A DNA stretch of 64,000 bases from Anolis carolinensis (Eukaryota), in NCBI RefSeq assembly GCF_035594765.1, contig NC_085842.1, positions 87,582,782 through 87,646,781 of the forward strand. The letters run 5' to 3'. Position 1 is the stretch's first letter; every line of letters starts with the position of its first letter. Of this stretch, positions 27,001 through 38,449 are shown piece by piece. Position numbers and translations under genes: made by a program. Under the pieces are notes generated by a model that made no database searches, was not told the origin of the DNA, and saw nothing but the letters and a program-made list of their open reading frames with translations.

Positions 27001-28969
27001 GACCTTGGAGGTGTCCACAGACAACGCTGGCTCTTCGACTTAGAAATGGAGATGAACACCAATCCCCAGAGTCAGACACAACTAGACTTAATGGCAGGGG
27101 AAAACCTTTACCTTTACCTATCATTCATTACTTGTGAAATAACTCTCACTTTAGGAAGCAAAACCAAAGATTAGTAGATGTCCATTTCTTGACAAAGAGC
27201 AGCACCTGCTGTGCTGCTCCATTCCTGGATTTTTACATTTTTTTAAACATCTTAACATTTAGGAGGTTGTTTCTCTACATTTTGGGCTTTTAGGTGGTTT
27301 AAAGCCCAGGAGGGGTCTAGTTTCTAGGGCAGCGCAAAACAAACCTGCTTCCTCTTCCTTATGACATATTTATGAAGGACTATCATGTATCCTCTCAATC
27401 TTCTGAAGGCTAAACATCCCCAGCTCCTCATAGGGCATGGCACTCCTCATAGGGCACAGTCTTCAGACATTTGATCATTTTAGTTGCCATCCTCTGGACA
27501 CCTTCTGTCAATCTCTCTTTTAAACTGTGGTGCTCAGAATTGGACACAGTATTCCAGGTGAGGTCTAACCAAAGCAGAATAGAGGGGCACCATGAATTCC
27601 CTCAGTCTACACCTTTTGATGCAGTCCAAAATCCATTGGCTTTTTAGCTGCTGTATCACACTGTTGGCTCATGTTTAACTTGTTCACAAAGACTCCAAGA
27701 TCTTTTTCATGTGGACTGTTGTTGAGCCAGGCATCACCCAGGCATCACTTTGCATTTCATTTTTTCTGCCCAAGTGTAATATTTTACATTTGTTCTTGTT
27801 GAAATTCATTTTGTTAGTTTTGGTCCAGCTCTCTAATCTGTTAATGTCATTTTAAATTCTGATCCTGCCCTCTGGAGTATTAGCTATCTTTCCTAATCTG
27901 ATGTCATCTGTAAACTTGATAAGCATGCCCTCTAAACCTTCATTCAAGTCATTGATATTTTTTTCGTGCCAGAGAGACTTGAGAAATGCAAGTTGCTTCT
28001 GGTGTGAGAGAATTGGCCGTCTTCAAGAACGTTGTCCAGGGGACACCCAGATCTTTTGATGTTTTTACCATCTTTGTGGGAGGCTTCTCTCATGTCCCCG
28101 CATGGAGCTGGAGCTGATAGAGGGAGCTCATCCGCATGCTCCCCGGGTTGGATTCGAACCTGGCAGCCTTCAGGTCAGCAACCCAACCTTCAAATCACAA
28201 GGCTTTAACCCACTACGCCACCAGGGGCTCCAAGTAATTGATAAAGATGTTAAAGTACTGGGCCCAGGACCGAACCCTACGGCACACCAGCAGTCACTTC
28301 TTTCCAGGATAAAGTGGAACAATTGGTGAGCACTCTTTGGGTTTGGTCCTCCACAGAGATCAGGGCTGCTTTTTAAACATCCAAGATCTGATATCCTGCA
28401 CTTTGTATAAGGCTTATGTAGTGTAACAGACAGTAAAATATACTCCCCTAGTCACAAATAAAAGATTGAATGAAAGATGCATTTGGAGTCTATGCAACCA
28501 CACCTGTGTAACCCTTGTGGCTCTGCCCCACCCTACAGCAATCTCTGTTGGGAAGAAACCTACCTCCAAAACTCAGCTGCAGAAGTTGATCTCATGTAAC
28601 TACAAGGGACTTCCCTCTGATGCTGTGAATGCCAATCAGTCAGAGCATCCAAGCAGCCTGGAACAGTTCAGCAGTATTTTTTCCCCACACCCCATGAAAA
28701 AATCTAAGCCTCTGAAAGAGGAGAGAAACCCGGAGGCAGCAGGTATCTCCATGGAGGCTTGGCAAGCATCTCTCCCTCCCCTCCATGTTGCAGGGCCCAG
28801 CCACCTCCCTCCACGGGCACGGACCCTCCACCCTTCCACTGTGAGCCTCCAGCAAACCAACACCAGCTCATCCACAACCAGTTTTGTGCCTGGTCATCTC
28901 CACAGATGCCGGATGAGGCTACATAGGAGCTACCAATTTTGTCGTAGGTGTTTTGGCCTTGGTTCCTGA
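19863..28969 (+). CDS. Class I Rab11-FIP-like C2-domain protein lacking the C-terminal Rab11-binding domain, 392 aa; CDS exons 19863-19912, 21516-21548, 22110-22460, 25308-25518, 26496-26598, 28539-28969
   Basis: Exons 3-4 read [60 protein letters not shown]|[25 protein letters not shown], colinear with the RAB11FIP2 N-terminal C2 domain (WFPTHVQVTV..RRKTEWFRLESKQGK..RGEIKVNIQF). Six GT-AG exons join in frame (phases 2,2,2,0,1; 1179 nt). Start in a strong Kozak context (agcATGg). C2 exons are high confidence; the two short 5' exons and the distal exons are predicted. Confidence 0.75.
20218..20351. mobile_element. hAT MITE with perfect 8-bp TSD
   Basis: CTCTAGTA at 20210-20217 and 20352-20359; TIR CAGGCATGGGCAAACTTCGGCCCTCC. 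Confidence 0.9.
20589..20765. mobile_element. Miniature inverted Penelope pLTR pair
   Basis: Two opposed pLTR ends; 14-bp TSD AATAATAATACTTT at 20575-20588 and 20766-20779. Confidence 0.8.
23150..23915 (-). mobile_element. R4-clade (Dong-like) non-LTR element, 3' part with restriction-like endonuclease
   Basis: Zinc knuckle ([18 protein letters not shown], frameshifted); RLE motif [28 protein letters not shown]; (TTA)n microsatellites on both flanks. Confidence 0.85.
23910..24015. repeat. Compound microsatellite (GAGCCA)n-(GTC)n-(TTC)n-(TTA)n
   Basis: Direct inspection. Other microsatellites at 6353-6382 (TTG), 23091-23150 and 35080-35121. Confidence 0.85.
24370..25188 (-). mobile_element. 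Degraded mariner transposon
   Basis: TIR-like GAGGTATGACAGAAAAGTAATGAGAC; transposase remnants [11 protein letters not shown] (cf. ITGDETW), [24 protein letters not shown]. Confidence 0.7.
26820..27118 (+). mobile_element. Sauria SINE with internal deletion
   Basis: tRNA head, conserved 3' half, ACCTTT tail. Confidence 0.85.
27330..28350 (-). mobile_element. CR1 LINE fragment interrupted by a SINE
   Basis: Reverse complement of the CR1 ORF2 region seen at 135-700, extending further into the RT region. Confidence 0.8.
27958..28230 (-). mobile_element. tRNA-derived SINE inserted in CR1
   Basis: 13-bp TSD CAAGT(C/A)ATTGATA at 27945-27957 and 28231-28243. Confidence 0.88.
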
Positions 28970-30904
28970 AGCTGGAGTGTTACATTTCTGTTTCCCTTTG
29001 TGAAAAAGAAGGCTTACTATATAAATGCATTATATTCAGACGATATGTACGTGTACAGCTGTTTTTTGCAGGGAGGCGGTTGGAACTAAGCAAAGCTTAG
29101 TTGTGGCTTTGAAGGATGGGTTTAGATCAGGATTATGGAATCCAGGCTGATAACGTTATGGTTTTAATCCAACACTGCACTAGGAGATCAGCTTTTCTTT
29201 TTCCCAACTCAACCTACTTGGGGGGAGCTGAGGGAGCTGCAGTAGGAGGGGGATTGGCTCTTCCTTGTTCTACTGATGCAAATAGGTCTACCAGGAGAGC
29301 ATGGGTGGATTCTACTTACAGAAACAGGAAAAAGGGGGAACGTATAGTACTGGATAATTTGGTGTTACAGTGGTCCCCCTGTATCCATGCCTCTACATCC
29401 ACAGATTCAACCAACCACAGATTGAGCATATCCGTGGTTGAATCCAACCACAGAAATAAGAAAAATACAGTATTCAAGTGTGTATTTTTTTAAAGTTTAA
29501 AAATATTCAAAAAACAATGTAGGACATCTCAGTTCTCCCCCATTTCTGCTGGCCTTATGAGGCAGGAGCTCTTCTGTGGGATTTCCCTGCTGTGGGAGGC
29601 AGATGTTCTGTCACTATAATTATTTTGGTGCACATGTGGATGGTGGATAGAAGGGATCAGGTGGAAAGGGGGACTGACTGTCAGAGTGGGTAAGGGAGGC
29701 TGACATACACACTTTCACAGCTGGCTTCGGGGTGCGCTCAAGCTCCCTTCTCATCCCTACATATAAGGGATTTGAGCATCCATATTTTGCTTATTTGTGG
29801 GTGTTCTGGAATGAATCCCTCAGGGATAGAGGGTCCACTTGTACTGGTGTGCTTATCTGTGCAGCACAGAAGAGGCATGCTGGATGAGACCAAGGCCCAT
29901 GTAGGGAATCTACCATTCTATTCATACAGCTGCCTGCAGGAGATGTTCATAGGCCCCTCCATCTCAAAATCTCCAGCAGCTGCTATTGAGAGGCATATTG
30001 CCTCAGATACTGAAAGTGATATATAATCATCTTGACTGCTACCTGCTCATGGCCCCAGGAGCCTCCATAAATCAATGCAGTTCCACTTTTAAAGCCATCC
30101 AAATTGACAGCTATTGCTACAACATGTGACAGTGAATTCAACAATGCCATTCATTCCAACTGCAGTATTCCTTCAGCATTCATTCACTTTCTTGGCTTTA
30201 TTGCAATGATCCAACAGCAGTTACAGCTCCAGAAGCCCCAGGAACAAAATTCTTGATCACGATGGGTTTAGATGAGGTGGTTCCAGATAATATTCTTAAA
30301 GACCCAAGTGCAAGATGTTCATTGTCTTAGCAAGACCCCCCTCCCTGCAGAGGAAGAATCGGGGGCACATACGGGCTTCACAGCAGCAGATGCTTATGCA
30401 TATTTATCATGAAATGCAAAGTTCAAAGAAACTAACCAGACACCGAGTCCTGCACGTGCTAGAATGGCAAAAAACTCAGACAGGTCCACAACTCTAGCTC
30501 TTCCATACCATCTGGGTACTGGAGCCTTGGTAGGCAGTGAGAAAAAGCTGATAGACATGATCTTGGCTCTTAAATTATCTTCAATTCTTGAGATGCAGGT
30601 AGTTGAGATACTATTCCTCTGAATGGCAGGCAGGCTGAGCAAAGACTCAGCCCATTTAATCTTGCCAATGCCTCTACATTCATAGTGAAACAGGCAGCAT
30701 TGTGCAAGTGCCTGTCAATGGATGTGGACCCTCAGCCCTCTTCTTTTAACCATCTGTCTCACAGACATCCAATGCTGTGCTCTTGATTCCTGCAGAAGGG
30801 TCTGCCTCCAGATAGTCCAGCTGCAGTGCTGAAGACCTGCTGCTGCTTTTGCTTTTGCTTCTACTCCTGCAGCAATATATTAGGCAGTCTGTGAAGGAAG
30901 TAGT

Positions 30905-33900
30905 TCAGCCAAATGCACACCACGGAGTCTCACTGGAGTCACACTGTAGGAAAATGTTGAGAACAGTGCAGGGAGCGCCTGCCACACTCAGGGAAGTGCG
31001 CGACTCCACTCTGTATTCAAGGTTAGTCAGGCCTCCAGTACGGTCCACCTTGAACTGTTCCTGCATGGAAACAAAGTGCCACATACCATGTAAAAGGATC
31101 CAGAGTAGAAAAATGATGAATGGGAACATGGAAAATGGAATGAATGAAGTCTACATGAAAAGGCTCAGAGAATGCCTGGAATGGAGCAAGCAGGGAGAAG
31201 ATAAAGGAGAGGGTACAGGCTAAGACTACCATCATAGAAGGAAATCTAGATTAATTAAGCACTGGAATACAAAATTACATAGCATCACAATTTTATGGCC
31301 TTTGGAATTCAGACATACACATCACAGTTTTGAGGCTGCAGGCAAGGTAAATTATGCAAGCTTCCATGAACTCACTTATGTAATTCACAATTGCAGGTTT
31401 TTGGAGCATTTTTGTGAATTTAGTAATTTGTAGTTATTAGCACCTTTCAAGCAGCACTCAGAAGGATGCAGTAGATAATCCCATCTTATATTTTATTTTC
31501 AGCAAAACCTACTCTGAAGGCTTTTCTTCACAATAGAGCTCATGCCCTTCCACCTATTCATCCCCAAATGTTTTAAAAAACGGTAGAAAAGGACTTCCAA
31601 GCATTTACTATTCAAATATTTACAAAACAATTTTAGAGCCTGTTATTACTCATAGTCAGTCCTAGACCGAGGGACAAAAAATTCTGCCCTTTCTCTGCTT
31701 CAGTTGCAAAGTTAAGTCAAAGCAAGAGGATCTAAGGAGTAATATGGGGCTCAACTGTGCCATGGGGTCAGCCCTAAACAGGTAAAGCAACATCTCCAAG
31801 TTGCAAAATACACATACATCTTTCATGCACTTCCCATACAAGAAACTCCTACCTGCTTCTGGGAAGCAATACGCTTCTGGTCTCTCTTACGCCAAGCTGG
31901 ATCATGCAAATGTTGGAATGTCTTATATCCACTTGTAATTCCCAAGGGCCGGAAAAGCTGAAAGATTAACAAAAAAGACATGGCTTGCATAAGTCACTCC
32001 TCAGAAGTAAAAAAATATTTCTGAAAAATCACAAAACAAAGGAGAAGATTGCCTAAGTCACACCTATTTCTGGAAAATGTAGGAAAAAGTTTGTGGCCAG
32101 CATCAGAGACTGGAAGTAGATTCATACAATCATATGAATGAGACCACAAGGGCCATCCAGTTCAGTAAAATGCACAGAATTGCCAAAATGGATGCCTGAG
32201 TTAAGAGCTTGGAAATAATGCAGTATAAGTGACATTGTTAGCTGTAATTGATATGTAATAGTATTTTATTATTAAGTAAGGTAATATTATTGAGGTTGTC
32301 ATTTTCTAAGTGTAATGGTACCATTTATTCCTTTTACTTTTTAAAAGGCACTTTGAGCAGACGTTCATGTGTCATGCTCATCTCTTAATTTTTTTAAAGC
32401 CCCAAAACAAACAATGGGCAACCCTTTGGGGCTTTGCTTTGAGATACATAACACACACTTTTTAAAAAAAAAAAAAAACTTTTAACTGAAAGTTCCAAGT
32501 CCACCAAATTCCACAATTAGCCATGCTGAGCCTTCACCTGAAGTCCAACTCCTCTGATACGGCGATAAAATTCATCATCCTCTCGGCCCCAACCCCAAAA
32601 GCGGTTAGACATTCCATTACACTGAAATAACAATAAATAAGTAGTTAATTGAAGAACAAGGCAAAGATTGTGAAAAGTGCTGCTGTCTGTGCTGACGCAC
32701 TGCTGGCACTATTACCTCAAGACATTTACATCTTCAGGATTAAGGAAGTGGAATTTTCTGTATCTGAAGCAAGTAAATACAGAGTAAGAGCTCCAAAGTC
32801 TTAACCAACTAGTCTGTCACAGTATCAAGAACAGCAAGGATTTATTCTTTCTGGGGGGGGGGGACACCTCTCATGAACCCATCTTATAAATAAACAAAAC
32901 TTAGACTTACCATTCGAAAGTGCTGCTTGGTGAGTAGTAAGATACCACCTACATAGGTGCTATAGTGATAAAGAGGATGCAGTTCAGGTGATGCTACATG
33001 AAAAGGGCCAGCAGCTGGGAAGCTATAGTCCAGTTCCTCATTGAGAGGTAGCAAGTCCACATCGTGCATCGCAATATAGTCTGTGTCATTTCCACTTTCC
33101 AAGAAGCCCACATTGATCAGAGATGCTCTGTTAAACCTGTCCAAGAGACCAGGTGTATTTAGGTTGAGCCTTGAGTTACGGAGTTTTATTCAGGCAATCT
33201 TAGGCCCCTTCTACATTGCCATATAATTCAGATTATCAAAGCAGATAATCCATATTATCTTCTTTGAACTGGATTATATGAGTCAACACTACTATATAAT
33301 CCAGTTCAAACCAGATAATATGGATTTTATATGGTAGTGTAGAAGGGGCCTTAGTTACCTCTGTATCAAACCTCTATCCAATGGTAGAGGTAGGAAACAT
33401 GATGTCCTACAGAAAATTTTGGATTGCAACTTCCATCAACCCCAACCAGCATAAGCAATGGTGAGAAATGGTGGAAACTGCTACTGGAAGGCTTTGTGTT
33501 TCCACTACTTATTTTAGGGTTTGTACCAGAGTTGGGCAGAAAATAAAAAAATGCACCTTATTTATGTGTATTTCTGAAAAGGTTTTTTTCCCCTCTGGAA
33601 TTACGAGGGACCAGAGAAGAAAAAGCACAGAGGAATAAACATCTGAGATGTTTAGAATTTATGCAACATGTACTTCACAGAGAAGGGAATTTCAGATATG
33701 ACCAGGTTGAATATCTCTCAGATGCACAAAAAGGTTAGACTTCTATTTCAGAAACAGGGAAGCCTGGTATTTCTGTTCATTCTATACTGAAGCTATACAC
33801 AAAGCCCGAGAAGGGAAAGTACAATATCTAAGACAGAGAATAGGTCAGAATACAGACAAAAAAATAACATGGGGTTTGAAATAACCCATACCTCACAGTA

Positions 33901-36900
33901 CCTGTAATGATCCACCTGGTTAATTATGAAGATATGATGCCGAATTTTCTTCCTATTGAGAAAACGATGCATGTGAGGCACAAAAGTCAGCAGCTCCTCA
34001 AAGCGCTCCCTGAACGGCACCAACACTGCTAGGCGATGTGGCCCCCATGATGGGTCATCGGGAAGCTGAGGTAGAAGGTCAAATGTGCAGAGTTTCTGCT
34101 GCACTGTGGCCTCCACTCTTTGACCTCTCATCATGTCTCCTGAGCAGCTAAGCTGCAGCCACAGCAGGGAGAGAAAACCCAGCAAAAGAACCACAAAGAA
34201 GAGCTGAAAGAGAGAGCATTTTCGGGGTAGGATGCTCAGAAGCCGCCAGAACCTATAGCAAAACCAGAAGAAGGCAATACAATACAATGAGAGATGATAG
34301 AGTAACAAAAGACAAAACAGGCTGGATCTACACTGCCTATATCCCAGGATCGGATCCCAGATTATCTGCTTATTCCAGGTTATCTTGCAGCGTAGACTCA
34401 TATAGTCCAGTTCAAAGCAAATAATCTAGGATCAGATCCTGGAATATAAAGCCGTGTAGATCCAGCCACAGATTTCAGGATGGTCTGCTTTCATAGAGAT
34501 TGCTACTCCAGTTGAAAATGCATTCTGCACATGCCTCCAGAAAAAGCTCAGCATACCACTACTGTTACATTGGAAAAATAAAGTAGGGAAGGACTGGGCA
34601 GCCATTGGAAGATGCTGCCATGCTATATTTATAGGAGAATGAAATGCCCTTGGTGCTCTTGATATTTTGGCTTACATTTCCATAAATCCCATATCACTGC
34701 CAGTCCTGTGGATGGACAAATGGGGAAACTGAAGTTCATAACATTTGAAAGACCAACCATTCCTCCCTGATATGAGTCCTCAAAGTATTTAACATGCTAT
34801 TTTCAGAACCTTTATAAAAAGCTTTGACAGCTAAATCAGCTGTCGCAATTTAAAATACAAGTGAAGACCCATCTCTTTTGGCAGGCCTACCCAGACAGTT
34901 TTAATGACGAATTTTAAACCTGCATCTTTTGTTTAATCTCTGTTTTGTGTATTTTAATATGTCTCTTCTGGGAATATGTTTTAATATGTTTATTTTAAAG
35001 AATGTTTTAGGTGAATGTGTGTTTCATAATGTTATAACCAGCCTCTAGCTGTGAGCACAGGCGGGCAAAAAATAAAATTTATTATTATTATTATTATTTA
35101 TTATTATTATTATTATTATTATACACTGCATGGTAGCTCATAATGCAGATGAAGCAGAAAGATGGTGGCTTAAGTTATCTAGCAACTGAAGGATGACTCT
35201 CTGCAACTCTATGCATGCTTACTTGAAAGTATGTCCAATTAAAAGTGGGATTTGCTCTGACACAGGGTTGACTGTTAGCCTGTCAAGTACATAATCTTAT
35301 TCTCACATATTCTGAAATGAACTATTTACATAGAATGATTTGATCTGCCTCAAAGTTATATCCTTTCACCTAGAAACTGCATCCCCTCCCCCCAAGCTCA
35401 AATATGAGGCAGATAGTTAAATTGCTTGGAAATAATAGGCATTTTCCATTGACTGAGGCTGGATCTACACTGCCATATAATCCCGATTATCAAAGCAAGT
35501 AATTCAAATTCCCCTTTAGTAGGGGTGAAATATCTCTGGCCATCTGTTACAAATTAAGGTTTGCTGATTGAAAAGCTGCACCCGAAATCCTTCTCTCCTA
35601 CATGGCCATCCAAGGTACTGGCACCCACTCCAGGTTCCATTCTGGTAAGCCTAGGGCTCACTGTGCTTTCTATTCACTCCCAGCATTCCACTATAAGGGT
35701 GCATCTATACCACGCATGGGCAAACTTCGGCCCTCCAGGTGTTTTGGACTTCAACTCCCACTGGCTGTTAGGAATTGTGAGAGTTGATGTCCAAAACACC
35801 CGGAGGGCCGAAGTTCACCCATGACTGATCTATACTGTAGAATTAATGCAGTTTGATATCATTTTATCTGCCATGGCAGATCAAGCGGTGTGTCAGACTG
35901 CATGCATTCCAGATCAGGCATGGGTAAACTTTGGCCCTCCAGGTGTTTTGGAATTTAACTCACACAATTCATAATAGCCTAAAGTTTGCCCTTACCTGAT
36001 CTAGATGCACCTTCAGGCAATAATCCCCCAAACTCTAGTGTTACAGGTATTTTGGATTTCAACTCCCAGAAGTCTCAGTGGCCTTGGCCTTCAATGATTG
36101 TGGATGAAGGGAGCTGAAGTCCTAAACACCCGAAAGAGCACAATCTGGGAGACCCCAAGGAAAAGGAAAGGGATGCCCTCGCCACACCCAGTAGAAGGGA
36201 GGAAAGTTTTGGTTGCTGTGAGTTTTCCGGGTTGTATGGCTATGTTTCAGAAGTATTATCTCCTGACGTTTCACCCACATCAATGGCAGGCATCCTCAGA
36301 GGTTGTGAAGTTTGTTGGAAACTAAGCAAGTGGCGTTATATATCTGTGGAATGTCCAGGGTGGGAGAAAAAACTCTTGTCTGCTTGAGGCAGGTGTGAAT
36401 ATAGTGATTCGCATTGAATAGCCTTGTAGCTTCAAAGCTTGGCTGCTTCCTGCCAGGGAGAATCCTTTGTTGAGGTGTTAACTGGCCCTGATTGTTCCTT
36501 GTCTGGAATTCCCTTGTTTTTTTAATGTTGTTCTTTATTTACTGTCCTGATTGTAGAGTGTTTTTAATGCTGGTAGCCAGATTTTGTTCATTTTCATGGT
36601 TTCCTCCTTTCTGTTGAAATTGCCCACGTTTATGGATTTCAATGGCTTCTCTGTGAATTCTGACATGATAGCTGTTAGAGTGGTCCAGCATTTCTGTGTT
36701 CTCCAATAATATGCTGTGTCCAGGTTGGTTCATCAAGTGCTCTGCTATGGCTGACTTCTCTTTTTGGATTAGTCTGCAGTGCCTTTCATGTTCCTTGATT
36801 CGTGTTAGGGCAGTGCTGCATTTGATGGTCCCTATGTAGACTTGTCCACAGCTGCATGGTATACGGCAGACTCCTGCAGAGGTGAGAGGATCCCTCTTGT

Positions 36901-37968
36901 CCTTTGCTGAACACAGCATTCGTTGGATTTTCTTAATGAGTCTGTAGATAGTTTGTAGGTTGTGTTTCTTCATCAGCTTTCCTATGCGGTCAGAAGTTTC
37001 CTAGATGTATGGTAAGAACACTTTTCCTCTTTGTCTTTACTCTCGTGGCTTGTTCTTGGCCTTGCAGCTCTTCTGATTTGGAGTACCCATTGACTTGTAG
37101 AGCCCAGTTTAAATGGTTTAGTTCACCTTGGAAGAAGTGGGGTTCGCAGATTCCTTCTGCACAGTATGTCAGGGCTTTAATTGTGTTCCTTTTTTTTTTT
37201 TTTTTACTTGGGTGATGGTTGGAGTTCTTATGTAGATATCTATCCATGTGTATAGAATTTCTGTAAACTGTGTGGCCAAATTGTTGACCACACAGTTTAC
37301 AGAATCAGTCAGGACCAATCCCAACAAAGGATTCCCCCAGGCAGGAAGCAGGTGAGCTTTGAAGCTGTAAGGCTATTCAATGCTGTCTGTTTATTTTATG
37401 TGTTGTTTTAGGCACCTTGTGCCATATGTAAGCCGCCTCGAGTCCCTTCGGGGAGATGGAGGCGAGGTAAAAAAATAAAGTTATTCTCCCACTCTGGGCC
37501 TTCCACAGATATATAAACCCTACTAGCCTAGTTTCCAACAGACCTTACAACCTCTGAGGATGCCTGCCATAGATGTGGGCGAAACCTGAGTAGAGAATGC
37601 TTCTGGAACATGGCCATACTGCCCGGAAAACTCACAGCAACCCGGTCATGAAAGCCTTCGACAACACGGAGGGAAATGTTTCCCAACCGTTGAGAGCCGA
37701 GCATCCTGTTCTTCCCTGTATGGGAACCGCATCTCAGAGTCTGTTTCCTGGCTGCAGGAGAGACAAGGAAGGACTGAGGGCTGCAGGCACTTCGGAGCGT
37801 GGCTTTGAAAACAACCCGCGGCGGAGCCTTGCTTCTTCCACCCAGAGGGTCGCCCCAGCGTTTCTCCTCTCTCTCCGTCCCTCCCCGAAGCCCTGTCTTT
37901 CTCATTTCCCTCTCGATCGGTCCCTTGCCCGCCAAGACTTACCCCCCTCCGCCCGAGCGCCGATACAT
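30905..37968 (-). CDS. B4GALT7: Beta-1,4-galactosyltransferase 7 (xylosylprotein galactosyltransferase I), 315 aa; CDS exons 37968-37943, 34252-33902, 33136-32911, 32621-32538, 31957-31853, 31060-30905
   Basis: [52 protein letters not shown] (DxD), [32 protein letters not shown] exons give 948 nt in frame. Confidence 0.96.
33203..33350. mobile_element. Harbinger-like palindromic MITE
   Basis: TIR GGCCCCTTCTACA; TTA on both flanks. Confidence 0.75.
35711..35827. mobile_element. hAT MITE with 8-bp TSD
   Basis: ATCTATAC at 35703-35710 and 35828-35835. Confidence 0.85.
36210..37667 (-). mobile_element. Penelope-like element: GIY-YIG/RT remnant with inverted pLTR, in B4GALT7 intron 1
   Basis: [32 protein letters not shown] (GIY-YIG) and [12 protein letters not shown]; opposite-strand pLTR pieces at 37310-37385 and 37490-37667. 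Confidence 0.88.
36262..36302 (-). ncRNA. Minimal type I hammerhead ribozyme motif in a Penelope pLTR
   Basis: Minus strand reads CCU-CUGAGGA-U-GCCUGC-CAUUGAU-GUGGGU-GAAAC-GUC^AGG: complete catalytic core, 6-bp stem II, loopless stem III, CCU/AGG stem I. Confidence 0.7.
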
Positions 37969-38250
37969 GGCTGGTTTGCGCCGCGAGGGAAACATCCCGC
38001 CGCTTGGCCGGCAGGGCTCCCCGCCCGAGACACGCTGGCGAAGGCACACCAGGTCCGCCACCTCAGCGCTCCCCCCAGAAACGCGCGCCTCGCAAAGTGT
38101 TCCGCCCAACTCTTGTTCCCGGGCGAAGGCAGGCGGAGGGGCCGCAGGAAGGAAAGAAGGGCGGCACGGAGAGCTTCAAGACCGTGTTGAAAGGCTGTAA
38201 CGTACTGCATTCCAATCTAGGCGGGGTGAAACTCAAAAGAAGTCGACTAA
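37780..38250 (-). promoter_or_regulatory. CpG island / promoter of B4GALT7
   Basis: High CpG and GC content around exon 1. Confidence 0.7.
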
Positions 38251-38265
38251 GGGTATGTCTACACC

Positions 38266-38449
38266 GGGCATGGGCAAGCTTGGGCCCTCCATGTGTTTTG
38301 GACTTCAACTCCCATCATTCTTAACAGCCCCAGGCCCCTTCTTTTTCCCTCAGGCATGGCTGAGGGGGAAAAGGAAAGGGCCTGAGGCTGTTAGGAACGG
38401 TGGGAGTTGAAGTCCAAAACTCCTGGACGGCCCAAATTTGAGCAGGCCT
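38266..38449. mobile_element. hAT MITE (long variant) upstream of B4GALT7
   Basis: GGCATGGGCAAGCTT..AAATTTGAGCAGGCCTG palindrome. Confidence 0.75.

Noticed and set aside
28940-28969. Possible CaaX prenylation motif on the C2 protein
   Set aside because: The protein ends CFGLGS; the last Cys is six residues from the end. Palmitoylation remains possible but unsupported.
37528-38324. Long ORFs (up to 197 aa) around B4GALT7 exon 1
   Set aside because: GC-rich island plus Penelope terminus; no recognisable domain. Only 26 nt are B4GALT7 coding.
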